Below are positions 49,414 through 58,925 of a stretch of 64,000 nt of DNA, one piece after another. Source of the DNA: Candidatus Altimarinota bacterium (GTDB lineage: Bacteria; Patescibacteriota; Gracilibacteria; UBA1369); contig OY782391.1 of the NCBI GenBank assembly GCA_963677745.1, positions 1,184,001 through 1,248,000 on the forward strand, given 5' to 3'. Under the pieces are notes generated by a model, which did no database searches, was not told where the DNA came from, and saw only the letters and a list, made by a program, of their open reading frames with translations. The first letter of the stretch is position 1, and each line of letters begins with the position of its first letter. A program made the position numbers and the translations under genes.

Positions 49414-50085
49414 ATGTCCACCGATAAAATCAATGAAAATCCGCTATCCCTGATACTTAACGCCATTGTGTTTCTTACAAAAAGTGCCAATGCCGGAGAG
49501 TTTAAAAAGGAAAATCCGCCCGCCGCACCCGAAAGATTCACTCTGGAAGGGCTGATTTCCACTTTGCTGGGAATAAATCAGGACAACTTTCTAACAGAGG
49601 CCCCGCTTCACGCATACCTTGGCAATTTCTCACGTGGTGAAGAAAATGACAACAGCAGTCTGCCGGATTCGGACCAGGCTCCTGACGCCCAGCTGCTCAG
49701 ACCGGTCAGACAGGCGATTCCCGAGGGAGCACGCCTAACTTTTGCCGTTCTTCCCTGCCGAATTAACGGACTGCCACTTGTTCCTCTGGATTATGATGAC
49801 ATTCAGAATAATAATTTTAATTATTTCCACGTCTTTTACAGTGACCCGAATAATAAGCGGGGAATGGCTAAAACCGCTGACTGCGAGGAGTACGCTCCAT
49901 ACTTAATGGTTATTCCCCAGGAGTTCCTGGATCAGTGCTCTTTCGTGGTCAAATATCCCGACTCTCTCCCGCCAATGCTAAATGAAAGGGATCCGGCCAG
50001 AGACGAACGGGATTTCCTCTATTTTGAAGGTGAATGCCTCAAAATATTCCGGAATATCCAGAGTCTTTTGAAAACGAACAAATAA
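49414..50085 (+). CDS. Hypothetical protein
   Basis: 223-aa ORF 9 bp after the kinase. Confidence 0.6.
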   Translation: MSTDKINENPLSLILNAIVFLTKSANAGEFKKENPPAAPERFTLEGLISTLLGINQDNFLTEAPLHAYLGNFSRGEENDNSSLPDSDQAPDAQLLRPVRQAIPEGARLTFAVLPCRINGLPLVPLDYDDIQNNNFNYFHVFYSDPNNKRGMAKTADCEEYAPYLMVIPQEFLDQCSFVVKYPDSLPPMLNERDPARDERDFLYFEGECLKIFRNIQSLLKTNK

Positions 50086-50099
50086 TTATTTACATACGG

Positions 50100-50603
50100 T
50101 TAATATCCTTCGTCGATAATGGTGGAAGTAGAACTGGTATCCGGTGCCGGTGGATTCAGATCAAGATTCAGGACTCTCCACTGCCCGTTTTCATTGACCA
50201 GCTGCATGGTAATCGGAGCAACCTGACCGTCGGTGGCGGTAATGGTGCCGCTGATGGTGGCAAAATTATTTTCAATGCTAAAAGAATTGAAAGAAGTTGA
50301 TTTAACCTTTGTTAATACCGGGAATTGAACCAGAAATCCGTTAAACTGTTCTTTGGACACAGTATTTTTGAACTCAATGGAACCCGAATCATAGGCAGTG
50401 TCCACCTGATTGCTGGACAGCTGTGTCAAAAACGTCTCACCTGTTTTCAGGGTTGGGCCGCCCGCCCAGAACACCAGGGCAATGATACCTGCCACCATGG
50501 CAATCAATCCTCCAAAACAAATACCAACGATCAGAAGCCAATTGGTCTTTTTCGGTGCTGTCGGATTATCGGGCTGACCGGGCGCCTTGGGCATCATGTT
50601 CAT
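50100..50603 (-). CDS. Single-TM protein with extracellular NTF2-like (DUF4864/DUF4878-like) domain
   Basis: TM helix, then FLTQL...AYD...SKEQF...LVNENGQWRV. Confidence 0.65.
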   Translation of the reverse strand: MNMMPKAPGQPDNPTAPKKTNWLLIVGICFGGLIAMVAGIIALVFWAGGPTLKTGETFLTQLSSNQVDTAYDSGSIEFKNTVSKEQFNGFLVQFPVLTKVKSTSFNSFSIENNFATISGTITATDGQVAPITMQLVNENGQWRVLNLDLNPPAPDTSSTSTIIDEGY

Positions 50604-50642
50604 ATTTTTAAAATTATGAAAAATATTTAGAAAAATTATAGC

Positions 50643-51968
50643 CTAGAAGGAAAATTTTTCATAATGGATTTGTCCGGTAGGAATACCGAGCTCCGAAAAA
50701 ATCTTCATCAGAGCGGCGGTCATTGGCCGGGGACCGCAAAGATAAATTTCTCTGTCTTTAAGGTCAGGAACCAGCTTCCGCAGTTTCTCCAGGTTTATCT
50801 GACCTTGCTCGCCCCGGAAATCAGGCTCGTCGCTGATTATAAAGTGGATTGGAAATTTGTATTTTGAGCCAAGTTCCCGCAATTCATCGTGGAATATCAG
50901 CTGATTTTGTTTCTTTGCCGCATATAGCAGTATGGAATCATGACAGTCACAAACTTCCCGTAAGATGGAGATAATTGGGGTAATGCCAACTCCTCCGGCT
51001 ATAAAAAGGTATTTGCAATTCTTTTCCTCCCGGGGAGTAAAAGTTCCGAAAGGACCTTCGATAAAAACCTTGGCAGAGGGGTTTAATTCAGAAATCCGGG
51101 AGGTAAAGTCTCCCAGTTTTTTTATGGTAATACGGAAAGACCCGTCCGGGTTACGTTGTGAAACCGAAAAAGGGTGTGCCTCCCACCAGAATCCTTTTTG
51201 AAGAAATCTTATAATCAAAAACTGTCCGGCTTTCATCCGAAATTTTGCCGGATTTTTTCCGGAGATCTGAATGGAAAAAGTATCTTCGGTTTCTTGTTCC
51301 ACTTTGGCCACCTCAAACCTGAACCTGGTAAAATTATACAGAGGGACAATTAGTTTGAAGACCAGAAAGTTGGCAAAAACAACCAGATATAACCCTGTCC
51401 AATAAGCCGAGAAGAGCTTGTTGCCAAGCAAATCACCGCCAATTTCCAGCTGATGCGAAAAAGCCAGGATTACGGCCAGATAAGTAAGCAGGTGAACCAG
51501 AAACCAGGCCTCATAACGGAAATGCCTGCGTATCAGTTTAATCGACAACACAACCACCGCCAAAAACAGAAAGACGGCAACGGTAGCCGCTGCAACTCCT
51601 TCGAAATTTTGAAAAAAATCGACCATCTGCAGCCAAAAACTGGTTTTGGCATCCATTGCATAGGAAAAAGCCAGTAACACAGGATGAACTAATATGAAAA
51701 ACAACGCCAGAAATCCGTTCAAATGATGAAAATAAGCCAGCTTGTCATGTCCAAAGAATTTTTCCAGCCAGACCGGTCTGCCGATCAGCACAAATTCCAG
51801 CAATACACAAAAAACGGACAACAATCCCGTCAGTCTGCCAAAAGCCAACAACAACCCCGCCGTATCAGAACTGAAAAGACCGTGCGAACCGGCCCACCAT
51901 CCCCAAAAAATCACAGCCAAATTGGCTAAGAGTAGGATTGCAGCCAGCGGTTTTCCAAAATATTTCAT
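50643..51968 (-). CDS. Ferric reductase-like transmembrane domain fused to an FAD/NAD(P)H-binding FNR domain
   Basis: TM His residues (HHLNG, VHP, VHLL, SHQ); HPFS, GPFG, AGGVGITP, CGP, EKFSF. Confidence 0.9.
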   Translation of the reverse strand: MKYFGKPLAAILLLANLAVIFWGWWAGSHGLFSSDTAGLLLAFGRLTGLLSVFCVLLEFVLIGRPVWLEKFFGHDKLAYFHHLNGFLALFFILVHPVLLAFSYAMDAKTSFWLQMVDFFQNFEGVAAATVAVFLFLAVVVLSIKLIRRHFRYEAWFLVHLLTYLAVILAFSHQLEIGGDLLGNKLFSAYWTGLYLVVFANFLVFKLIVPLYNFTRFRFEVAKVEQETEDTFSIQISGKNPAKFRMKAGQFLIIRFLQKGFWWEAHPFSVSQRNPDGSFRITIKKLGDFTSRISELNPSAKVFIEGPFGTFTPREEKNCKYLFIAGGVGITPIISILREVCDCHDSILLYAAKKQNQLIFHDELRELGSKYKFPIHFIISDEPDFRGEQGQINLEKLRKLVPDLKDREIYLCGPRPMTAALMKIFSELGIPTGQIHYEKFSF

Positions 51969-51974
51969 GGGCGA

Positions 51975-52391
51975 TTATTTTTGCAGGTCGCCCAGATAAT
52001 AATTTTCCAGTAACTTTCTTGCCCGGTCAGAGTGGGGGACTCCGGCAAACATCATGCTGCCGTCTGTTCCACAGCCGTTCAGGATGGCTTCTCCACCGGG
52101 ATGCTTGGCAATATATTTGCTGACGTCATAGACCTTGCCGTCAATCGCCATCCAGCAGTCTGCAGCCGTGGAATGGCCGGTAAGTTCACTCAGGGCATAT
52201 TCTTTGGCGGTTGTGACTGCAGAAGTCGTACCGCTATCAGCCGGAGTGGTCACAACTGCAGGAGTTTCTGTTCCGGTCGTAACCTGGCCTGCGGTTTGAT
52301 CAGGGGTTTTTGCCGTATTGGCTGTATTTTCCCCGCAACCAAAAAGCAAGATAAGCAATGTCGAAACCGCCAGTAATTTTAATTTCACCAT
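51975..52391 (-). CDS. Cytochrome b5-domain lipoprotein
   Basis: Lipobox LFGC; DCWMAIDGKVYDV...HPGG...PHS. Confidence 0.9.
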   Translation of the reverse strand: MVKLKLLAVSTLLILLFGCGENTANTAKTPDQTAGQVTTGTETPAVVTTPADSGTTSAVTTAKEYALSELTGHSTAADCWMAIDGKVYDVSKYIAKHPGGEAILNGCGTDGSMMFAGVPHSDRARKLLENYYLGDLQK

Positions 52392-52558
52392 TATTTTAAT
52401 AATTATAAATTTAGCGAAATGATTATTCCTAAAAAGTTCTATCTTTATTACCGGTAAAATTCAAACAAAATTACATCAACTGGTCCGTGCTGTTAAGATA
52501 ATGACAAAAACTGAAAAACATCCTATGATTGGCTTATGATAAAACCAAAACCACTATT

Positions 52559-53752
52559 ATGAAAATGCCTAAAAAAGAGATTGTCTGGCTCGGCCTGGTC
52601 AGTTTCCTGACGGATGTAAGCTCTGAAATGATATTTTCGGTTCTGACCATCTTTTTGAGCGCCGTATTGGGGGCATCCAGTTTTATTATCGGGACAATGG
52701 AGGGATTGGCCGATTTCGCCGCTTCCTCTCTTGACTATCTGTCCGGATATTGGTCAGATAAAACCGGCAAACGCAAAGCTTTTGCGGTTTTCGGCTATGC
52801 TTTTTCAACGGTTGCCAAGGGGATTCTGCTGATTTCCAGCTCTATTGCCGGTGTTTTTACTTTCCGCATCGTGGAGCGGCTGGGAAAATCCGTCCGTGGT
52901 GCCCCGCGTGACGCGCTTCTTTCCTCCCTGGCTGATAAAAACACCATGGGTTTTGCCTTCGGTTTCCACAAAACCATGGATAAGGCCGGAGCTGTCCTGG
53001 GACCATTTCTGGGCTATGGGATACTCAGTCTGCTCGGACAAAATCTGGCCGCCTTTCAGGTGCTTTTCCAGGTAGCCATAGTTCCGGCTCTGCTTTCCGT
53101 ACTGATCCTGATCTTCTTTGTGCCGGAGCAGAAAACACCCGTTACCGCAGTACGCGAGAATATTTTCAAGAATTTCCATAAACTGGGCAAAAATTTCCAC
53201 AACTATCTGAAAGTGGCGGCTCTTTTTTCGTTGTCCTATTTCAGCTTTGCCTTTCTGTTGCTTAAAGCCAACGAGGTGGGTTTTGACATCAAAGATGTGG
53301 TGCTATTGTATGCCCTTTTCAATACCTCTTTCATGCTGATTTCCATTCCGGTCGGTAAAATCGGCGACCGCATTGGTCGCCGGAAAATCATTCTGGCCGA
53401 ATACCTGATCTACCTGCTGATGTGCGTGGGCTTTATCTTTGCCACCGATAAAATCGCAGTAATAGCTTTATTTCTGGTTTACGGGGTCTTTTACGCCATC
53501 GACGAAGCTCAAACCAAGGCTTATATCAGCGATCTTTCTTCAGCCGAGCATCGCGCTTCGGCCATCGGAGTCTATAATTTTGTCACGGGCATGGTCTATC
53601 TGCCCGCCTCTCTGCTGGCCGGCTGGCTCTGGTATGCCTACAGTCCCTCCGCAGCTTTCGCCGTGGCGGGGTTTATTGCACTTCTCAGTGCTATTGTGTT
53701 CATCGCACTCAAACCAACAGTTCTATCGTCAAAACAACAGAAAGACTATTAA
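52559..53752 (+). CDS. MFS transporter
   Basis: SFLTDVSSEM, SDKTGKRK, RGAPRDALL, GDRIGRRK; 12 TM. Confidence 0.92.
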   Translation: MKMPKKEIVWLGLVSFLTDVSSEMIFSVLTIFLSAVLGASSFIIGTMEGLADFAASSLDYLSGYWSDKTGKRKAFAVFGYAFSTVAKGILLISSSIAGVFTFRIVERLGKSVRGAPRDALLSSLADKNTMGFAFGFHKTMDKAGAVLGPFLGYGILSLLGQNLAAFQVLFQVAIVPALLSVLILIFFVPEQKTPVTAVRENIFKNFHKLGKNFHNYLKVAALFSLSYFSFAFLLLKANEVGFDIKDVVLLYALFNTSFMLISIPVGKIGDRIGRRKIILAEYLIYLLMCVGFIFATDKIAVIALFLVYGVFYAIDEAQTKAYISDLSSAEHRASAIGVYNFVTGMVYLPASLLAGWLWYAYSPSAAFAVAGFIALLSAIVFIALKPTVLSSKQQKDY

Positions 53753-53901
53753 AGATCATTTTAGTCGGATTTGACTGAAAATAAATATACCTGATTCAAC
53801 ACGGGAAAACTCGCTCTATTCCTAACGAATTTGAGTAGCTAAGGATTTGAAGAAAAATATAAAATATGTTAAAATAAATAGAAATATTTACATAAAAATA
53901 T

Positions 53902-55017
53902 ATGAACAACGATCTTCTCAACACCGGGAAACAACATCCTGTGGACCGTAAAAAGGCTTTTAATGTAATGCCGCTGCGCGTTCAGACTAATTCGGGGCGG
54001 AGTCAAATAGAACAGTGCCGGAAGGAGGAACTGGCTAAAATCAATGGGTTTATCAGCGGGGTTGACTCAGCCGGTGTCATTGAAACCGTGGCCAGATCAG
54101 GAAATACCTCTATGATAAATTATTTGGTACTTTCCGGAACAGAAAATGGTCAGCAGATTGTCTGTTTAAGTGCTGAAGACAGCCCAAGCCGTCTTAAAGA
54201 AGAACTACGACACATAGTGACGGATAACGAAACTGTCACAATATTGCTCGATGAGTCGCCGCATTTATTGAATTGGGAGGAAGAATTAAAGCGGACACCT
54301 GATAAAAACGATAGAGCCGCGCGAGACTCACAGACTGAAATTAAAAATTTTTTTGAATACTTGAAAGAACTGATCTCTCAGAAAAAAGTTAAAATTATTT
54401 TGTTGGCGCACGCTGGCATGGATGAACAGGGAAATACTACCGGTGACGAAATGGTGAAGTGGGGACAAAGCCGTTTAATCGATGGGGAATCAACAATTCC
54501 CAAAACCAATTTGGAAGTCATGAGTAAAGAAGGCCTGGCCCTGCTTTTCGAAATGCATCCCGAGCGGGAGAACTTTCCTCCTGAATTGATCTCTGCCAAG
54601 GAGGACATAGTGGCTTATGTTTGGGGACCAATGCAACTGAACGCCTATCTGGACAAATATTTGGAAAAGCGGGATCAGGGCGAAACCGACCAGCAGTCTG
54701 CGGAGTTCGCCAGGAGCTTTATAATCAATCAGAATGAAATCTGGGATGTGATCCGCACCACAGCCGGTTTACGTTCCAATGAAATACTGCAACTAATGGT
54801 CAAGGCCGGTCTGGGGGGAATATCAATGGAAACTCTTACTGAGGAAGAAAAGAAAACTCTAAACGCTCTGCAATTTGCCCATCTGTTTGAAACAAAAGAT
54901 GGTATGGTGCGGGTAGGCGCTGGATGTCTTTATGATTACGCTAAAGTAAAGACTGAAACTGAGAAAACCCGCCGGCAGCAAATGGAGGCTCTGGATTCCA
55001 AATTCCAAAAAATTTAA
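53902..55017 (+). CDS. Hypothetical protein, degenerate P-loop ATPase-like
   Basis: ARSGNTS (Walker A-like with K->N), ILLDE Walker B, wHTH-like C-terminus. Confidence 0.6.
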   Translation: MNNDLLNTGKQHPVDRKKAFNVMPLRVQTNSGRSQIEQCRKEELAKINGFISGVDSAGVIETVARSGNTSMINYLVLSGTENGQQIVCLSAEDSPSRLKEELRHIVTDNETVTILLDESPHLLNWEEELKRTPDKNDRAARDSQTEIKNFFEYLKELISQKKVKIILLAHAGMDEQGNTTGDEMVKWGQSRLIDGESTIPKTNLEVMSKEGLALLFEMHPERENFPPELISAKEDIVAYVWGPMQLNAYLDKYLEKRDQGETDQQSAEFARSFIINQNEIWDVIRTTAGLRSNEILQLMVKAGLGGISMETLTEEEKKTLNALQFAHLFETKDGMVRVGAGCLYDYAKVKTETEKTRRQQMEALDSKFQKI

Positions 55018-55027
55018 CTTTAATTTC

Positions 55028-55101
55028 TGGCAGGGGTAGTAGGAATCGAACCCACATCAAAGGTTTTGGAGACCTCTGTACTACCATTGTACTATACCCC
55101 T
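55028..55101 (-). tRNA. tRNA-Trp(CCA)
   Basis: AGGGGTA acceptor, GAGGT-CTCCAAA-ACCTT, TTCGATTCC, GCCA end. Confidence 0.96.
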
Positions 55102-55177
55102 AAATCATTACTATCTTACTCCGGTCGCAGCTGTCTTCCAACATAATCACGCTTCTTCCGGCCGTAAAAAATTACAC

Positions 55178-55211
55178 AAAAAAGGCGCGGAAATCAAATG
55201 ATTTCCGCGCC
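55178..55211 (-). terminator. Intrinsic terminator of rpsT
   Basis: GGCGCGGAAATC...GATTTCCGCGCC stem followed by a U-tract on the minus strand. Confidence 0.85.
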
Positions 55212-55227
55212 GTCCGTTTAACAAAAA

Positions 55228-55530
55228 TTACTTTTTAGCAGCAGCTTTCTTGGTTTCGGCGGGCTTATTTTCGGCAGCTTTGCCGATCAGTGCGGCCAGT
55301 CTGGCTTTCTTGCGGGAAGCAGTATTCTTGTGAATAATGTGTTTTTTGCTGGCGGTATCAATTACCGATTGGGTTTTTGGAAATAAAGCCTTGGCTTTAA
55401 CCTGATCGGTCTTTACCGTTTCCAGGAATTTTTTGATTTCCGATTTTAGTCTGGATTTATAAGGTTTTCGTCTGTCCAGTCTGGCGTTTGCTTGCCTCAT
55501 GGCCTTTTTGGCCGAAGTTGTGATTGGCAT
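55228..55530 (-). CDS. rpsT: 30S ribosomal protein S20
   Basis: MPITTSAKKAMRQ...IDTASKKHIIHKNTASRKKARL. Confidence 0.95.
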   Translation of the reverse strand: MPITTSAKKAMRQANARLDRRKPYKSRLKSEIKKFLETVKTDQVKAKALFPKTQSVIDTASKKHIIHKNTASRKKARLAALIGKAAENKPAETKKAAAKK

Positions 55531-55650
55531 ATCTTGAAAAAGGAAGTTAAATTTTGCGCCGTAATATAATCAAATTCAGGTCGGCCTGTCAATTAAATCA
55601 CCTGTCGGCATTGAAATCTATGACATCATTAAAAAAAATCAGGGAAAAGC

Positions 55651-55678
55651 TTGACATAGACTAGAAATGTGATAAGAT
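55651..55678 (+). promoter_or_regulatory. Sigma70 promoter for the large surface protein gene
   Basis: TTGACA-16-TAAGAT with a TGn extension. Confidence 0.65.
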
Positions 55679-55684
55679 TCATGT

Positions 55685-55930
55685 CTTAACCAGGCGAAAA
55701 CTCAGGGGAATTCCCTGAAACAAGCCAAATTATAGCGCGCCAGGTGAGAACTTTGACAGACCGGTAAGAAACCCACTGCTAATCTGTGTAATACGGATTG
55801 GCAGAATCAGATCGGACCTATGTATATGAAAATGTACGGGTTTGATCAAAATATTAGCATTATTTCACTTATCACTAACCTGTCTGACCACGTGTTTGTA
55901 ATACAGCACCCGGTCACGCGTTATATCAAT
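55685..55930 (+). ncRNA. Structured 5' leader RNA (unclassified)
   Basis: Several nested helices with G-U pairs and a GAAA tetraloop; see findings. Confidence 0.55.
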
Positions 55931-55956
55931 TGTAAATTTAACCATAAACAATCACT

Positions 55957-58830
55957 ATGAAAAACTTCCTTCGTCAAAGTCTAGCGAAGAAAGTGATACT
56001 TTTCGGCTTTATAATCGGCCTGGTATCACCTTCCGCTATGGCTTATGTAGATGGGGGCTATCCAGTTGGAACCCTCCGCGCTCAGCCGATTGAACTTAAC
56101 AGTTCACTTCGCGCCGTGGATCCGGCTCTTCTGGTAGCCGTCGTAGCACCATCCGTTCAAAATTTGAACGTTTCAACAGCTACGGGTAGCGCCGACGTAT
56201 CTTTCAGTCTCAATACTAATGCCACGGCAACGGTTTGGATCAAGGATACCACCGACACTATCGTCAAGACTCTTATTTTCGATAACAACCTCTCCGGAGG
56301 CACGGTTTATTCCTATACCTGGAACGGCACCGACAATAACGGCCAGAAAGTGGCCAACGGTTCCTATAAAGCCCAGGTCGTGGCCTATAACACTGTTTCC
56401 TCTGACATTGAGAGCTATTCCTTTAATTTCACTTCAGGTTCCGTGGTAACCGCCCCGGACGTGACAGCTTCCGTTTCTCCCAGCTCTTTTGAACCAACCA
56501 AGGGACAAACCACTACCTTCAGCTACAGCCTCAATACTGCTGCCAGTCTGAAAGTGGAAGTTAAGCTGAACGGCGCCGTTGTCAAAACACTGCGCGCTCA
56601 GTCTCAACAGGCAGCCGGTTCCTACCAGCTGCTCTGGAACGGCACCAACGACAGCAATGTCACCATGTCTCCCAACACCTACAATATCGAGGTGTATGCC
56701 AGCAACACTGCCGGCACCGATCTCGCTTTGGCCAGAGTCAACATTACCAATACACCGGTAGAAGTTGCTCCGGTCGTCTCGGTTTCCGCTTCTCCAGTTT
56801 CTTTTGACCCCACTAAAGGTCAGAGCACTACAGCTACTTATACCCTGAACACCACTGCCAACCTCCGCGTTGACGTGAAGCAGGGCAGCACTGTGGTCAA
56901 GACCCTTCGCGGTCTGAGCGAACAGACAGCCGGAACTTATTCCCTGGTCTGGGACGGCAGCATTTACAATGCCAATCCGCTTGCACCGGTTGGAGCCTAT
57001 ACCATTGAGGTCTATGCCACCAACAATGCCGGCAGCGACACCGACACCACCACTGTCAACGTTATCACTTCCAACACCACTACCGCTCCCAATGTAACCA
57101 ATCTTTACGCTACTCCGACTCCTTTCAATCCAAGTAATGAAAACACCCGTGTCTACTTTACTACGGATAAAACTGCCGACGTAACAGTCAGCATTCTGGA
57201 TGGATCCAGCACGGTAAAGAATCTGGTCAGCGGCACATCACTGTCCGCCGGTACTTATTACTATGAATGGAACGGACGCGATTCCAATGGCTATACCATG
57301 GCCGACAAGGTCTATACAGCCAGAGTTACTGCTTCCAACACCGCCGGTTCCGACACCGAGAGCACTTCGGTTGAAGTGAAAACCTCCGGCAGCGGCACCT
57401 GCGACCTTATTACTTCTCATTACGTCAATCCGACCACTTTTGATCCGGATGAACGTGATGCCCTGATTTCCTATACTTTGGCCCGCTCGGCTGAAGTTAC
57501 TGTCAGAATCAAGGACGGATCCACCACCATCAGAACACTGGTTGATCATCAGTCTCAAAACTCCGGTTCCAAGACAGTATCCTGGAACGGACACGAGTCT
57601 GATGGCGATCATGCCACAGATGGTTACTATACTTACGAAATCACTGCCTATGTCAGCGGTTGCAGCACGGACGTTGAGTCCAGCTCGGTCCGCGTGGACA
57701 ACAACGGCACTACCGACGACGAGGACGACTGGGATTCCACAGATGAAGATCTGATCACCGATGTCACTGTCAGAAACGAAGTTTTTGACCCGACTGATGG
57801 AGAAAGATCAACTGTTGAGTTCACACTCGACCGCCGCGCCGATCTGATCGTCCAGGTTATGGATGGCAGCCATGTAGTAGAAACACTCAGAGACGCCGAC
57901 GACCAGGCCGGAGGAGACTACTCCTACAGCTGGGACGGCCGCGACTCCGACAACGATATCATGGATGACGACGTATATCAGTTCCGCATTATGGCCGATG
58001 ACGGCGATGATACGGATACCGACCGCGCCTACACAGAGGTGGATACCGACGGAATCATCATTGGTTTCCCGGACAGCGACCGCTGCGCCGGCTACCGCGA
58101 TGTATCCATTAACTCTCCTTTCTGTAAAGCCATCGAACTGATGTCGGAAAGAGGCATCTTCGAAGGATACTCCGATGGAACTTTCAGACCTTATGCCAAG
58201 ATCAACCGCGCTGAAACAGTCAAGGTTGTCACCCTGGCCCTGGGATATGATGTAAACACCGGAGGCACCTACAACCTCGGTTATCGCGACACCTCTTCCA
58301 CAGCCTGGTATTCACCATACCTCTATGTGGCCAAGAGGGAGAACATAGCTACAGGTTATCCGGACAATACTTTCCGCCCAAGCAGCACTATCAACAGAGT
58401 TGAACTCCTGAGAGTGTTCCTGGAAGGAAATCAGACCGACGACCTCTTTAGCTGCAGCCCTCAACCGTTTGACGACACACCTATTACCTCCGATACCCGC
58501 TGGTATATGAAGTATGCCTGTTATGCACAGGATCATGACCTGATGGACAGTGGATACAACAACAATTTGTATCCTGCCGAAGCCATGACCAGAGGCGATG
58601 TAGCCGACCTGTTCTACGACTTTGAAGTCAAAGGACTGTACTCGGATTATGTACTGGACCGCACCGGCAACGGTGACAATCATTACGTTTGCGTCGAATA
58701 CGACCATGACGATGATTGCGTACGCTACGAATCGACTGCCGACCGCTATACCTACAACTATTCCAACAACGACAGTAACGACGGATATTATGTATATAGA
58801 AACGGCCGTTACGTCTGGGTTTCTTACTAG
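55957..58830 (+). CDS. Large surface/S-layer protein with six FlgD-type Ig repeats and SLH domains
   Basis: Signal peptide; repeated V(K/R/E)TL...W(N/D)G...Y units; EGYSDGTFRP, TGYPDNTFRP, TRGDVA SLH motifs. Confidence 0.9.
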   Translation: MKNFLRQSLAKKVILFGFIIGLVSPSAMAYVDGGYPVGTLRAQPIELNSSLRAVDPALLVAVVAPSVQNLNVSTATGSADVSFSLNTNATATVWIKDTTDTIVKTLIFDNNLSGGTVYSYTWNGTDNNGQKVANGSYKAQVVAYNTVSSDIESYSFNFTSGSVVTAPDVTASVSPSSFEPTKGQTTTFSYSLNTAASLKVEVKLNGAVVKTLRAQSQQAAGSYQLLWNGTNDSNVTMSPNTYNIEVYASNTAGTDLALARVNITNTPVEVAPVVSVSASPVSFDPTKGQSTTATYTLNTTANLRVDVKQGSTVVKTLRGLSEQTAGTYSLVWDGSIYNANPLAPVGAYTIEVYATNNAGSDTDTTTVNVITSNTTTAPNVTNLYATPTPFNPSNENTRVYFTTDKTADVTVSILDGSSTVKNLVSGTSLSAGTYYYEWNGRDSNGYTMADKVYTARVTASNTAGSDTESTSVEVKTSGSGTCDLITSHYVNPTTFDPDERDALISYTLARSAEVTVRIKDGSTTIRTLVDHQSQNSGSKTVSWNGHESDGDHATDGYYTYEITAYVSGCSTDVESSSVRVDNNGTTDDEDDWDSTDEDLITDVTVRNEVFDPTDGERSTVEFTLDRRADLIVQVMDGSHVVETLRDADDQAGGDYSYSWDGRDSDNDIMDDDVYQFRIMADDGDDTDTDRAYTEVDTDGIIIGFPDSDRCAGYRDVSINSPFCKAIELMSERGIFEGYSDGTFRPYAKINRAETVKVVTLALGYDVNTGGTYNLGYRDTSSTAWYSPYLYVAKRENIATGYPDNTFRPSSTINRVELLRVFLEGNQTDDLFSCSPQPFDDTPITSDTRWYMKYACYAQDHDLMDSGYNNNLYPAEAMTRGDVADLFYDFEVKGLYSDYVLDRTGNGDNHYVCVEYDHDDDCVRYESTADRYTYNYSNNDSNDGYYVYRNGRYVWVSY

Positions 58831-58846
58831 GATCTGAACAATCTGA

Positions 58847-58889
58847 CAAAAAAGGCTCCTTTCCTTTACAGGATCGGGGCCTTTTTGTT
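58847..58889 (+). terminator. Intrinsic terminator
   Basis: ACAAAAAAGGCTCC...GGGGCCTTTTTGT. Confidence 0.7.
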
Positions 58890-58925
58890 ATAGTATGATA
58901 AACAATAATATAAAAAAATAAAACT

